The notes under the pieces are model-generated. The model saw only the letters and a list, made by a program, of their open reading frames with translations. It had not been told where the DNA came from and made no database searches. Below, piece after piece: positions 49,437 to 63,283 of a DNA stretch of 64,000 bases. Source of the DNA: Paragordius varius (taxonomy: Eukaryota > Animalia > Nematomorpha). The first letter of the stretch is position 1, and each line of letters begins with the position of its first letter. The stretch covers positions 62,001 to 126,000 of the forward strand of contig OZ176055.1 in NCBI GenBank assembly GCA_964247055.1, read 5' to 3'. Position numbers and translations under genes: made by a program.

Positions 49437-52400
49437 TTAAACACAATGGTAAAAATTGGCCATTGTGGAAAGATCATTGGGGAACATGGTGCTGGCTTTA
49501 TCAGATTCGTCTGAAATCGCTTGAACATATTCCTCAGAATCTGTGAATTTGGCTACACATTTTCGGGAATTTCCTTGCCCAAAATTCTTAGTTGAATAAA
49601 ATAATTGTTTAGGGTAAGCTAATACTTCATTACTTAAAATATTGTAAGCGAGCTTGCTGATATTATGATTGGTTGGTTTATCGATAGCTGTCGAAGTATC
49701 ACACAACATATCATGACACTCTATTAAAATACGGAGTATTTGGGTTTTTACATAAAAAATACATATAATTTAAATAACTAGGCATATAGCTTTACTTTCA
49801 GAGAATTCTAGAGTAGCTTTAGTATATGGACCCATAGTGTGTTCAAGATATTTGGTAAGGTTTGCACATTTTTCAACCAAAAAATTTGAGGATGCCCATA
49901 TAATCTAAGTAAAAATATATTTTTTTTTCAGAAATTTCCAAAAATCAATATTGAAATTAAAAATAAGCCTACTATGCCATCCAAACCCATATCAAGAGCT
50001 TGTCGAAAAGTCAATCGTATATCCCGTGGTTTCAAAAATGTCTCATATCTCGATTTTGGTGGGAAATTGACATATTCGAAACGGAAATAGGGATAAATAG
50101 GCACATAGCGACTATCCGGTATCGATTTTGACCTGAGCCTTAAGCTTTCGTCATATACTATGCACAAAAAAACATTACAATTACAAATTTTAAAAAGTCC
50201 CAAATAATTTCATTTTTTAAAATGTTAAGCTTTCTAAAGTTATTAACTAATATTTAACCATAATATACATTTATTTGCTTGTTACATAAGCGATATATGA
50301 AATTCGACGAAAAAATGGCGGCGAAAAAAGTTTGATTTAGCTATTTTTCACGATTTAAAATTTTTTATATTTTTTAGGCTAACGAATGCTTAATTTGGCC
50401 CAATAAACCAATCCTTGAAATATTTGTATTTTAAATAGCTTTGGGCTACCTTAAAAGGTAATGAAGTATTAAAACTAACTTTTATGAATCCACATGCCAG
50501 AATCGACTGGGCGTTTAAAAGAAGTCGGATACAAATACACGCTTGGATACCAAGCTGTCGAAGCATTATAAAGCCAGAAGATATCATCATTCATTTGTGA
50601 CATTCTAGGGCTACATTTGAGATTGTCATAATCTCTACCAATATATATGATAAAAATTGAAATTATACGGACAAACGTAAAAAACATAAACCACTGTCCT
50701 TTTTAAACTTGATTTTGTTAATTTAACTCATTCTTAAAATTGCAAAGTATGAAATAGATACGTATATTGAAAACACAATCAAATTATATAAATTATACGA
50801 TTTAAATTTATATGGGAAAAATTAAGGTCTGAAAATGTGTGGTTGTCTTTTCAGATCAAAATAAATGTATTTATATTTTTATGTTTTGTGTGTATAAATT
50901 TTTACAGCAGTTACTCGAATATGTTTATATTTCCAAATTATACATGCGATAACAGTAAGGAAATCCGTAATAGCCCCATTTGGCTTTAGGTCTGGATTCT
51001 TTGGATATTTTGAGTGTTTCTTCAAAAAATTTACGTGCAGCTTTGTCAAACAATTCGATCGATTTCTCGCGAAGTTCAGACGGAGTGGCATTTGGAAATT
51101 CCTTGCTGGCAAACGATAAAGATTCATTCTAATGTAGTCATGTTTTTGAGTCATTTATGAAATAGTACTGTAAAATTAGATTGATATTATAATTTTTGGC
51201 CTACCCTATAAATATCACGAATTTTGCCTTGTAGCATTTTCAGGCTCGGGATGTACTCCTCAAAATCAATGATAGCCAAACCCTAAAAAAATAATATATT
51301 AACATAGATTTCATTAGTTAACATTAGAAAAACCAATCTTAAAAATCTTAAAAAATTTTAAAAGATTTACATCAAAATCGGGGTTTGGGATGACTTCATC
51401 GATGGCTTGCTTGAAAAGCAAAAGATGTTTTTGCAAATCTCCGCGTTGTGGAATTCCTCCGTTGATTGGGACAAATCTTTTCCCGTTTTTCGAAACCTGA
51501 AAATTAAAAATTGAAATACAAATATAACGTAAAAACTAAAGACAAATATAGTTTTAAATAAACCATATTTTGTAACCTTGATAATTTTTTTATATATATC
51601 GTTTTATGATGCAAAATAGGAATGAAGTTAATTTACTAATATACTTAATTATTTAATGAATTGTAATATGTGATAAATAACTAAGTCCAGAAAAGGAGTC
51701 TCTTTTTAAAATAATATTTATTTTACTGTATTAAGGGCGTGGTAACACCGTATGCAAAGTTTTATGTTTAAGCTTGCGCAATCTTGATATGAAAATATTT
51801 TATCCAGATCATAAGATACAGTAAAAATGAAATTTTACGGACAAGACGTAAATATATATATAAAGACAAAGTTTTTTTCAAGAAACATCCATACTTTTTA
51901 AAACCAAATCATTTAATTACAATTGTAGGATTGCATTATTTGTATCACTATTTAATACTCTAAAGTTTAAAACAAATTATGTTTAAAAAATCAAGATTTT
52001 AAAAGTATGGTTGTCTTTCAAAAACAAAAATTGTTTTTATATTTTAACGTTTTTTATAATTTCATTTTTTTGTGTAAAAATTTTATGATATTGTAAATAA
52101 TTTTAGCAATATTTAGTGCTTTAGAGAAATTTGTGTTTCAACCCTTTGCGTGTAGCGTTTTACAGTAAAACTGAAATTATACATGCAAAATGTAAAAACT
52201 TAAAGGCAAAAATCTTTTTTGTAAGGCTTGCCATACTTTTTCAACTTGATATGAGTTTTTATTTAATTAACATCCGCAATCATTCCTTGTTTTGCAACCC
52301 AGAACAATAAGTTATATTTGAAAAAAAAAGTTTTATTTGTCTCAGTATTTACATATTACAATGTTTACTATAATGTATATTACAGTAAAAAATGAAATTA

Positions 52401-54138
52401 TACGGACAAAACGTAAAAAGTAAAGATATATATTTTTTCTACAAGACAATCAATCATACCTTATATCTAAATAGTTATAATTGTAAAATATATAATTGAT
52501 TGTGTTAATTATATATATCTCTATTTCACCTTTGCCATGAGTTTTAATAAAACATGATTTAAGAAGTTTTATAGAAAAAAATATATGTTTTTATATTTTT
52601 ACGTTTTATCCGTATTTCACAGTTTTTACTGTGTTATAAAAATGTAATAAAGGGTTTAAAATTTGTCGCTATATAAATAAATCTTAAGTTTTTTAAGTTA
52701 TTCATTAAAAATTTATTTTTAAGATACAGTAATTGTCCTTTTGTTGGGTTTTAAATATAAAATTTAGTATCTTAGTTAATGAAGGGATTTTAACCGGTGT
52801 AAAATAAAAACTCCATCTAATTTCAAAAAGCTAATCGTTCATGCCTTTAAGTTTAATAAAACTTGATAAGAATCAAAATTCCACATATTTTTACATAAAT
52901 TTAAGTTTTATCTCAATATTTGCTTATTACAAAGTTTTTGACTGCATTTGTAAAAATTGAAATTATACAGATAAAATGTAAAAAATAAAAGACAAATATT
53001 TTTTTCAAAAGACAACTCACTATATTTTTAAACCAAATTTTTTGGATATAACTTATCGATTAGTATTGCGAAATAAGAATAGAGATATAATTTTAAAATC
53101 TGATTAGTAAATAGTTTATGGTTGGAATGTCAATGTAAAAGGTACGGGTGTCTTTATTTTAAATGGCTTTTATTTTTTGATTTTTGGTTTATAATTATTT
53201 TTTCCCTCTAAAATTAATTTAAAAGCCAATTAAATTGATATCTCATTATTAATGTGTGATCCAAATAATTTATAACCAGTTATTTCAAATAATTATAATA
53301 CAAACTGTAATTTGAGAGAAGCCTCGTTAAATAAAAATAAGGTGAATAATTTGAATAACACATTTCGGTTGTATTTCATATGTTTTAAAAATAACCTGAT
53401 TATTTAATTCAAAAATCTTATAATAACCTAACCTGAGTTTCTCCAGAATCCTTTACTATATCATTGGATTCATCGAAATTTCTTCTAGCTGAGTTTATTT
53501 CAGAATAATGTGGCCACAAACCGTGCTTCAGGTAAAAAATATTGATGACTTCTCCAAAAAAAGTTTGATTAGCATTTGCTTGTATCCCATACTCTTCCAA
53601 AGGAAGTAATTGCTTGCTCTCTGATTTCAAGCAGACAATGCTTGGAATATTCCAATAAAAATTAAAGGTTGGATTCGTAAAATTGGTTTGTTGGTTTTCA
53701 TTTTTTGTTTGTATTGATTCTACGTTGACTTATAATTAAAAAATTTAATTAAAGACATTTTTTTTCAAAAGACTGCTTTACTTTTTTTACCTTTATATTT
53801 AACTCATTTTTTTAAATGTCAAAATATGAAATAGTGCGTTTGGTAAAACAATCAATTACATATTTTAACATTGTAATCAAATAGTTTGTATGAAAAAAAT
53901 TATGATTTAAATAAGTATGGTTGTTGTTTGGAAAAAAAAAATTTTATATTTATGTTTTTTACGTTTTGTCTGTGAAATTTTAATTTATACTGTCTAATTA
54001 AAATCAAATTGGAATTTTTGTAAAATTTTAAGTAGTAATTTAAAAATTACCTGCATATAAGATGGTGCATGAATAAATTAAAATTATTTTTATAATAATG
54101 AAAAATAAACTCGAAAAATGTAATTTTTTTTCTAACAT
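49437..54138 (-). CDS. HYAL: Hyaluronidase / chondroitinase (GH56), secreted, ~501 aa
   Basis: Exons 54138-54051 (hydrophobic signal-like), 53728-53433 (FYWNIPS..C...NQTFFG...FY..HGLWPHY), 51496-51371 (NGGIPQ), 51282-51205 (GLAIIDFEEY, catalytic DxE), 51128-50944 (RPKAKWGYYGFPYC), 50634-50480 (WLYNASTAWYPSVYL), 50157-49973, 49904-49796 (IIWASS), 49720-49437. All phases are compatible and no internal stops were found. Confidence 0.92.
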
Positions 54139-54729
54139 TTTTATTTTTTAAGACAAAAAGGAGATGTCAACATGAAAAAAAAATGGAAAATAAGGAAGGT
54201 ATATATATGTATGCAAAAAATAATATAAAAGAAAACACTTTTTATTTGAAATTTATCTTTTTTTAATGTTGGAAAAAAAGAATGAAATACGCGGCAATAA
54301 ATGGAATTTCGGGTTAAAAAATAATGGAAAAATCCATTATCAATCCCACCCATGCACGCGTATGTTTATTATCATTTTTATTTATTTTTTTATAAAGAAA
54401 AAAAATTAAAAATTATCATTTTTGCCAATTTTTTTGTCTTTCTTATTTTCAAATGATAAATTAATTCAATAATAATTATCATTATCAAAGGAAGCTTTCT
54501 TTACAAGTTATTTACAAAAATGACACTATGGTGAGAAAATTATTAATAAAACTCCTACAATGTTCGCTAATAATGGTATTTAACAATTTTCTAAAAGTAT
54601 GCAGATGCAGGCTTTTGAAATTTAATATATTTTCAATTAATTTGAAAATATGTAATATATAACCATAATTGAAGAATACTTTTTGGGGCAAATTTTTCGT
54701 ATCTTAAGGTTTATTTAAGTTGTTAAATC

Positions 54730-55230
54730 ATTTTTAATATTAATGAATAGGCATTAAATGATGGATGTGTCTATAACGTAATCCATAGGACTTGCTATGC
54801 AAGTAAGTTAGATTTTGAAACAATATTCCAGAAAACGTGTAGTTTTTCTTAAATTCAACAATGATTTTTTCCATTCTAAGTGGAGGTGGTATTCAACCAA
54901 TTCCTTGTGTTGAATCCTTCTGTAACTAGCGTTGGCCAACTAAATAAGTTCGCACATATAAAAGCATTTTTAGAAAAACGCATCACATCATATCAATTGT
55001 AGAAACCGGCATATTTTTACTGTCCGAACGAGATAAATTTAAACTTTATAATTCGCTCCTGAACAGAGCCCAACCCTATCCAAATTAGACCAACCATATG
55101 ATTTTAAAGAGTATTATACAACCGTTTAAATCTTACCTTTTAAATCTATCATCCTTTATCAATGATGGACTTATTATTGTCAGGCGCGACTATATGCACA
55201 AATTATCAACTGAAATAAACAACGATGCGT
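54730..55230 (+). pseudogene. Possible decayed transposase fragment
   Basis: Relatively GC-richer, codon-like stretch interrupted by stops (ILSGGGIQPIPCVESFCN*RWPT...), loosely like hAT-type P..TRW motifs. Weak evidence. Confidence 0.2.
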
Positions 55231-55769
55231 GACAGGGTACAGTATTATTTATTTTTTCTGTAAGAAAATATCTCATAACTATAAGCTACAATTCGTACTG
55301 CTAAAAAAATTATTATAGGTGCAGACTTATATATATTATATTTACATAAATCAATATTTACATGAGTGTTATGGTTTTGTTCGCTATTGTAATGAGAGCA
55401 TAACACAAGCCATTCTTTTCCCTCTATGAAAACATTTTCACGTGAACAAATTTTATTCCCAGGTGTACTATTTTAGGTGTGTGAGACTTGCTTTTGTTTG
55501 GGATGTTTTGTTATTGGTGCTTAAACTATAAATATTCAATAAAAAATAATATAAATTTAAAAGTATATCAATTTATATACAGATTTGATAAGTTTTTATT
55601 TTTTTCTCCTTCTGCCCCAATAAATTTTCCGAAAAAACGGTTCCTTAAATTCCAATTACTAAGAGTTTTTGCCAAAATATTTTGGAATGGTTTTATTTTG
55701 GGCTTTTTTATGGAGCCTATTATATAAATACATAGTGGATTTTAATAAAATATAAGCATTTAATACGTA

Positions 55770-56327
55770 AATACTTAAACCGCGGCCCATGGGCCGCATG
55801 CGGCTCTAAAAACTTTTTTTATGGCACTGAATTATTTTAAAAAAAATTGATATAATTGAAAATTTTAAGTGATTTTGATTCACAGTATTTAGGACCGTGT
55901 GTTTAATTTGCAAGTTCTCAATTATATATTATTTATATGCTTCAGTCATACGCATCTTGAAGAATTTGTCGATCATGATGATTCCAATTCAGAACTAATA
56001 TTTTAAAAAAATCGCAAAGGATAAGGGTATATTGGTTTTGACATGCGTCATGTATATATTATAATAATATCAAATGTATTAAATAGCCTTATTGTTTTGT
56101 CTCAACTTCCATGCAGGTGACATATTTGAAAATAAAAATCGAAAGACATAGGAATATGAGGTTAGATTGGCCTGTTATTATAATCAAATCTGTCAAAAGA
56201 TATTGGCTAATATTAAAGTACTATTAGGGTTGTCCAACACAAATGGCCTCACAGGCCGCATTTTAAATATATATCACCACTGATTTAAATATTTGCGTAT
56301 GCCCGGGAAAAAACCTTGGTCTACTGA
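55770..56327. mobile_element. Degenerate hAT-MITE remnants
   Basis: CGCGGCCCATGGGCCGCATGCGGCTC (~55781) and TAGGGTTGTCCAAC (~56226) resemble the ends of the 9628-9910 element. Confidence 0.45.
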
Positions 56328-56332
56328 TTTAA

Positions 56333-56913
56333 CACTTCGATTCAAATTGGGGTATCTAAATACCCCAGACTAAATTTAAATTAAAATTTTTAGAAAACTA
56401 CTGAAGGAAACGGTCCCAATTTAAATTTATGCTTCTATCCTGAAAAATATTATATAAATATGCCAAAATATCTTGATAAAATTTTGTTGTGTAAAAAAAG
56501 TTCCATCTCAAACTACTTCGACGCCATTTTTATTTTGTAAAAATTTTGCAAAATATCGTCTTCATTTAATTTTAAGGGTAAAACTAAAGCTTATTTTTTA
56601 TATAAATTACATCTAGCATTGATAGAAATAGAAAAAGCGGTTTATTTTCTATTATTTGTTAATTTTACAATTTGACACATTCACGTTGACTAAATTTTTA
56701 CGTTTCAGTTTTAGCTCAAAATAAGTAATATCAAGTATTTTTGAATAAATTTTTTTATATATTTCGGTTTATTAATGTTGTATATGTGCAAAATTTTGAA
56801 TTAATTTCGATTGCTTCCATACTTTTTAAAGTATTTAATTTTAAACAGGCCTGGGGTATCCAACTACCCCAATTTGAATCGAAGGACTAAAATGAGTGTG
56901 TTGTATCCAAGTG
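56333..56913. mobile_element. TTAA-flanked non-autonomous transposon (piggyBac-like), copy 2
   Basis: TTAA|CACTTCGAT...ATCCAAGTG|TTAA; homologous to 7603-8132. Confidence 0.75.
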
Positions 56914-57905
56914 TTAATAGGTATCTGCATATGATCTGCAACATGTATCATCTTGTGACCCTTTAGACTAAAAAATTATTGTTTGGCCCGTCAAAATAGT
57001 TTGGTGAAAACAACTCATAACTATAAAAGTGGTTATATGCTAATTTTTCTGAAAAATCAAGAATATCACATAAATAAAATAAAGAATAAACTATGTTGCC
57101 TTGCATTAAAAACTAAAAATGAAAATTAAATTTTTTAAACCGTTTTAAACCCTAGTATAATGGTTCTAAAATAGTAAACAAAAAAGGATAATGGTCCCTA
57201 TTTTAATCAATTAAAAAAGTTTCATACTTCGTAGGATTAATAATAAATTTATACGGATTAAAATATAAAATATAAAGACAATTAGCATTTTTAGTCCTTA
57301 ATTTAACCTAAAATATCATTTAATTACTATCGCAAAATATATTGATTTTGTACTAATTTACTTCCTACCAAACAATGAGCTATATTTAAAAAATCAAGGT
57401 TAAAAAATGGTTGTCTTTTTGAAAAAAATATTTGCTTTTATATTTCACGTTTTGTCCGTATAATTTTAATTTTTACTGCAATTTATAACAAAGATATTTT
57501 CAATATAAAATTTTATACAAAATAAATGTGAACGCCATAACACTTGCGCAACAAACCCAATACGTAATTATTCAGTCCTAAAATTAATTTGTATGAGATT
57601 TTAAGAATTATCCATCGCATAAACAGTAAAAATTATTTTTAGATTTTAAGGTTTGTGGGCGCTACATTACAAACAGCGCGGTAGGTGAAGCGTTATAATA
57701 TAACGAGAGCAATTTAAATCTACAAAAGACTCAAATTTTTTTTTACAGCAATCTTTAAAACACAATTAACTTATAAGCCGAGAATCATATAGAAAAAAAT
57801 GGGTTGTGAAACTATGTTAATATTTAAAGCAAATTTTATTGCAGAAACATGTGTCAAACGCACGTTTATAAATCATTCCATAAAATCATATTGAGCGTCT
57901 AAAGA

Positions 57906-60900
57906 ATGTTCAAACCTGAACATTTAAATCTTTTTTCTCACCAATCAACCAATCGTTCAAAATCAAAATCACCTCCAACAAGTCCGACAAAGCCAGTCTT
58001 TAATTCGGAAACGATTCAAAATGAAGCCAAAAACGCCGCTATCAAATTTGTATCACAAATATTACAGGTATTACATTTCGTTAATTTCATATTTATAGAG
58101 ACCAGATCAATTGGATAAAGTTGAACAATATGCCAAACGGATTGAAAGAAAAAAGGTATTTTACGCATTATTAACATATTTTAGGTTATGGACGAATCTA
58201 TGCTAAAATCTATGATTCAAACTCATCTTGAGGGTGTTAATAAAGGTTTAACTCAGCTACAACAAGCCGTAAAAGACATAAAAATTATCGATCAAAAGTT
58301 TAAAAATTTTTATATTTTAGGTTAAAAGAAGTCAAAGAATCTTACAGAGAAGTCGCTCCACTTGTCACCAAACTTAAAACAATCAAAGAAGAAAGTTACA
58401 AATATAATCAGGTTTTTATATTAAGTGTTTAAATAAAAATAAATTTTAAAATTAATATACAAATTTCCTTAAATCTATAGTTGTCGGTTGCAAAATCACG
58501 AATAGAGATTCGTAAAACGCTATATATTTCACAATTTTATTCATTTATTTAGATTATAATCAAAATAAAATTCCATTTTTCTTAAATATTGAATAAGTCG
58601 TAAAGTTTACGTATTTATCTTTATATGTTTAATTTATATTGGAAATTAATTGCTTTGTTATAGTATGCAACTGCGATGGAAAATCTCAAACACATATTCA
58701 ATGTCCCCGAAATTATAAAGAAAACTTTTGTGTTTTTCGAAGAAGGCAATTTATTACATGCGCATCAATGGTAAATTTTTCTATTTTTATTTTTGAAACT
58801 TCTTACATAAAAGTTATTTAATAAGATTTTTATTACAAGATACTACATTTTGGGTTTTTTTGTTAAAATATTAATGTTTTTCTTGTTAAAACTTGAACAT
58901 TAACAAAAATGATATTGTAAAGATTGAATTTTTTTTATTTTTTTAAGAGTATAAAAGAAAATAGGCACAAATCGAAAACTTTTAAGTTTTGATAAAACGC
59001 ACTTATAAATAATTTTAGTTTTTAATCCTAAAATAAATTTATATAATTGAGATAATAATACGCTTAAATAGCCATATTTTTTAAATTTTATTCAATATTA
59101 TGGGTATAAACGATAATTAATTTTATAAAATAACATTTGCTAATAATTTTATAATTTTTTTGTAGTATTATGGACCTTGAGAATTCTCGGGATGATTTGT
59201 TGTTTGAAATGCATAAATTGCCTACGACAGTCAGTCCCATAGATATCAATGTATGTCCATTATTGCATTTTTGCACATTTTTCTAAATAGTAAAACCAAA
59301 ATCATAAACAGTAAAAATTGAAAATGTAGATCTAAAATGTAAAAATTAAAGGACAAATTTAAAAAAACAGCCATATTTTTATAAACCCATCTAAAAATGC
59401 CTAATCATTGTGATCAGAAAAATATGGAATAGATATATAAATTGAAAATACATTATTTTACTTATTTTACATTGGTAATTATTAAAGTTACATAAAAAAA
59501 TTCAGGTTTTAAATTCTGTCTAGTTTAAAATAAAATTTGTCTTTAAGCTTTTATGTTTTGTTGTTATAATTTCATTTTTTATTTTAATTATAAATCGGAT
59601 AATTATTGTTTATAGCAAATTATTATTAATAGCAAATTTTTTAAATTTTCCCCTAATTTCGTACACTGGGAGTATTATATTTGCATTTTTTTCTGAAAAA
59701 ACAAAACCAAAAATATAACTTTTTTCCATACCAAATTTTTTCTAATTCACCAATTACATTTTTTAAGTCAAGAATATTTATCAATTACGTTTTAAATGCA
59801 TATACATGTATTTGATTTTACAAACCATATTAAAGCTCATACATCGATACTATGAAGAGGTGACCAATCTGAATGGCCAAATGGCAAAACAGCTGTTTTT
59901 GGTGGCTGACCGTCTCATTTCTACCACGAGGTTTGATCCCACGCTTGTGGTAACCATGGTCCGTATAATTGAACGCGAAGAACGGAGTGATGAATTCATT
60001 GAGAAGCGAGCCGAACTTACAGGCTTTCGACCACCAGGCCGACCTAAAAACCTTAAAGAACGAATGTTTCAAGTTTTGGCCCAATCTGTTCGAAATAGGT
60101 TAGACGGTTTTTTATAAAAGAGGGGGGGGGGGTGGGGTTATAACTATAAGTAGTAACTAAATATCATTATTAGATCTTTAGTAAATATTTCATGAAGGAG
60201 GAATTTTCGTTAATTTGTATTTTAAAATATATGGTATACAATATAAACCTTAACTTTGCATGAATAACATATATATCAAGTTGATTTTATTTGTAAATTA
60301 TGTCAAATTTGATTAGAATTACCAAGCTTGAGGTTTTTTTTCGAAAGAGGGGGAGGTTATTTTTTTATAAGTATAAACTAAATATCATCATTATTAAATT
60401 ATATTACATGATGGAATTGTCTTCAATTTGTAATGTTATAAATATTATTTGTTATAAAATAAAACCTTTAACTTTACATATATAATTGAGTAAGTTGAAT
60501 GTTTTATTTGTAAATTATATCAAATTTGATTAGAATTTCTTCTGAACTAGGATTCAAAACTATTATTATTTACATTTTACAGTAAAAATTGAAATTATAC
60601 GGACCAAACGCAAAAATAGAAACAAATATTTTTATCTAAAAGAATACCCTACTTTTTTAAACTTTAAACTTTTCTATATAAGCTATTTAGTTGTTACAAT
60701 CGTAAATTATAGAGTAGATTGTGTTAGTGATATATATATATATATCTCTATTTCACATTTTGCCATTTTAAACAATGAGTTTTTATGTTTGAAAAAATTA
60801 AGATTTGATTTAAAAAGTATGGTTGGTTGTCTTTTAGACTTAAAAAAAATTTGTCTTTATATTTTTACGTTTTGTCCCCGTATAATCTTTTACGGATGTA

Positions 60901-63241
60901 AATTTAGTTTGGAAGGCGCGCAATCTGAAGACAGGAATGTTAGTAATGTTTGGCTCGTGAAACATCTCGAACGAATTCGCCTCAAATATTTGGATGATTT
61001 ACGAGTTATAAAGGTTATTTGCAATAATTAATTTAATTTTAAACTTAATTTATAGATTGTTATAAAAGCTATAATTAGAACGGGAATATATATAAAATTG
61101 AAATATATTATTTATCAAGAAAACCATTTTTTTAAACAATTATTTATCAAAACTCTTGTTTGCGGTTTAAAAAACAAATCCAAATGTAAATTGTTAAATT
61201 TTTTTTTGACAATTGTAATCTTTTTAATATTTAGGGTTATAAAAAAATATTTATGTTTTGTCTTTATATTTTATATGTGCCCTCTATAGAAAATTATACC
61301 GCCTTGCTTCCCTCAACACTACAACATTTTTGAAACGATGACGCGAATGTATCATGACGCTTTGATTCGAAGGGTAAAAATTTTTATTCGTAAGATTTTA
61401 ATTTTTTTCAAGAATAATTTAGTTTTAAGCTCCATATATATACCATTTACAATTTAAATTCACCCTAAAATAAATTATGTGTTTTGTAAGATTAAAAATT
61501 ACCTTTATTTTATAAAAAATTTTAAAATATGAAATTATGTTTAAAATTAATATATATAATAATGAACTATTTTGTAAAAAACATATTTCATATTAAAATA
61601 ATGAATTATTTACTGAAAACACATAATTTTTAGGGTGAATTTGAATTGTTTAAGGGTGAATTTGAATTATTCAAAAGTCAATTTGAATTGTTCAAGGAAG
61701 AATTTGAATTGCACGAAGGTGAATTTGAATTATTCAAGGGTGAATTTGAATTGTTAAAGGGTGAATTTGAATTGTTCGAGAGTATATTTGATTTTAAATG
61801 TTATATATATTTATATATATATTATTGCAGTTACGAGATTTGGTCGAAAGCAATTTGCAAGGAAACGAAATTATAACACTACTCACCTGGGTCAATGAAT
61901 ATCAGTAAGATTATTTTTTAATGTTAAAAAACATCTAACATGATAACTTTAAGTTTATTATTGCATTTAAAGAGTTTATTTATAAAAATTGATATACGGA
62001 AATCCTGACATGGATTTTAAATGGAACGGATAAGTCAATTATATATTTTCAAAAAAAATGGTTTTAATTTAATATTTTTTCCAAAATAATTTTAATTCCT
62101 TAGTTTCATCGTTTTTCATAAAATAATTCTAATTTAATTTGTACTTTTTAATTGAGAAATAGTTTATTATTTTGATACTATATGGAATATCAAAAAATTA
62201 AGTTAAAAAAATTTATATTCTGTCGTCCTATTCTGAAAAATTAAAAAACGTTTTTCAAATAAATGAGAAAAAAAATAATAAAATATATTTTTTTCCAAAT
62301 TTTACAGTAAAAATTGAAATTATACGGAAAAAACGTAAAAATATAAATACAAATATTTTTTTCTAATAGACAACCCCATATTTTTGAAACTTGATTTTTT
62401 TAATTATGACTGATTGTTTTAAACTACAAAATTGAAAATAAAAATGTAAATTGGTAGAACAATCAATTGTATAGTTTACTATTGTAATTAAATATTTTAT
62501 ATAGCAAAAATTAAGGTTTTAAAAATAAGAGTTTATCTTTTGAAAAAAAATATTTGTCTTTATATTTTTACTTTTGCTCTCCGTATAATTTCAATTTTTA
62601 CTGTATATAATACATTATATAAATTATTTTTAAAAAAAATTAAAAAACTTTTTTCAAATAAATGCAAAATAAAATTAATAAACTATATTCTTTATTAAAA
62701 TTTTTAAAATGGGAAATAAATGTTATAAATTTCCTTTTATGTCGTTTGAAACCGCAAAAACGATTTAAAATTAAGGCTAATAGTTTAAGTTCCATAAAAA
62801 TAGATGTTGCTTTATACCTGAAAAATAATTTTAATTCACTTTGATTATTTTAGAGGCCGTGAACTATTAGGCCATCCAGATTTACAAATCACTTTTTTGA
62901 GCTCTCCACCCCTCTTGGATCAATCCATCATTGATGGACTTGAAGAAAAGTTTCAAATTCCCTTTTATATCTTTAAAGATTTTTAAGATTTTTTAAAATT
63001 CAGTGTTTTTAATTTAAAATTAACTTTCTATTTAATATCGATTTCAATTCCAAAAATTATATATTTTATTCCTATATATGAATGTAACATTAGTTATTTA
63101 GTAACGCTACAAAATAACGTACAAGAATGGATGAAAAATACGGTTAAATCGGATTCTAAGGTTATATGGAGATCATTTTTATAAATTTTTAAACAAATTG
63201 CGTTAATTATGATTTCTAAAAATTTTTTTATTTTTACCTTA

Positions 63242-63283
<42 letters not shown>

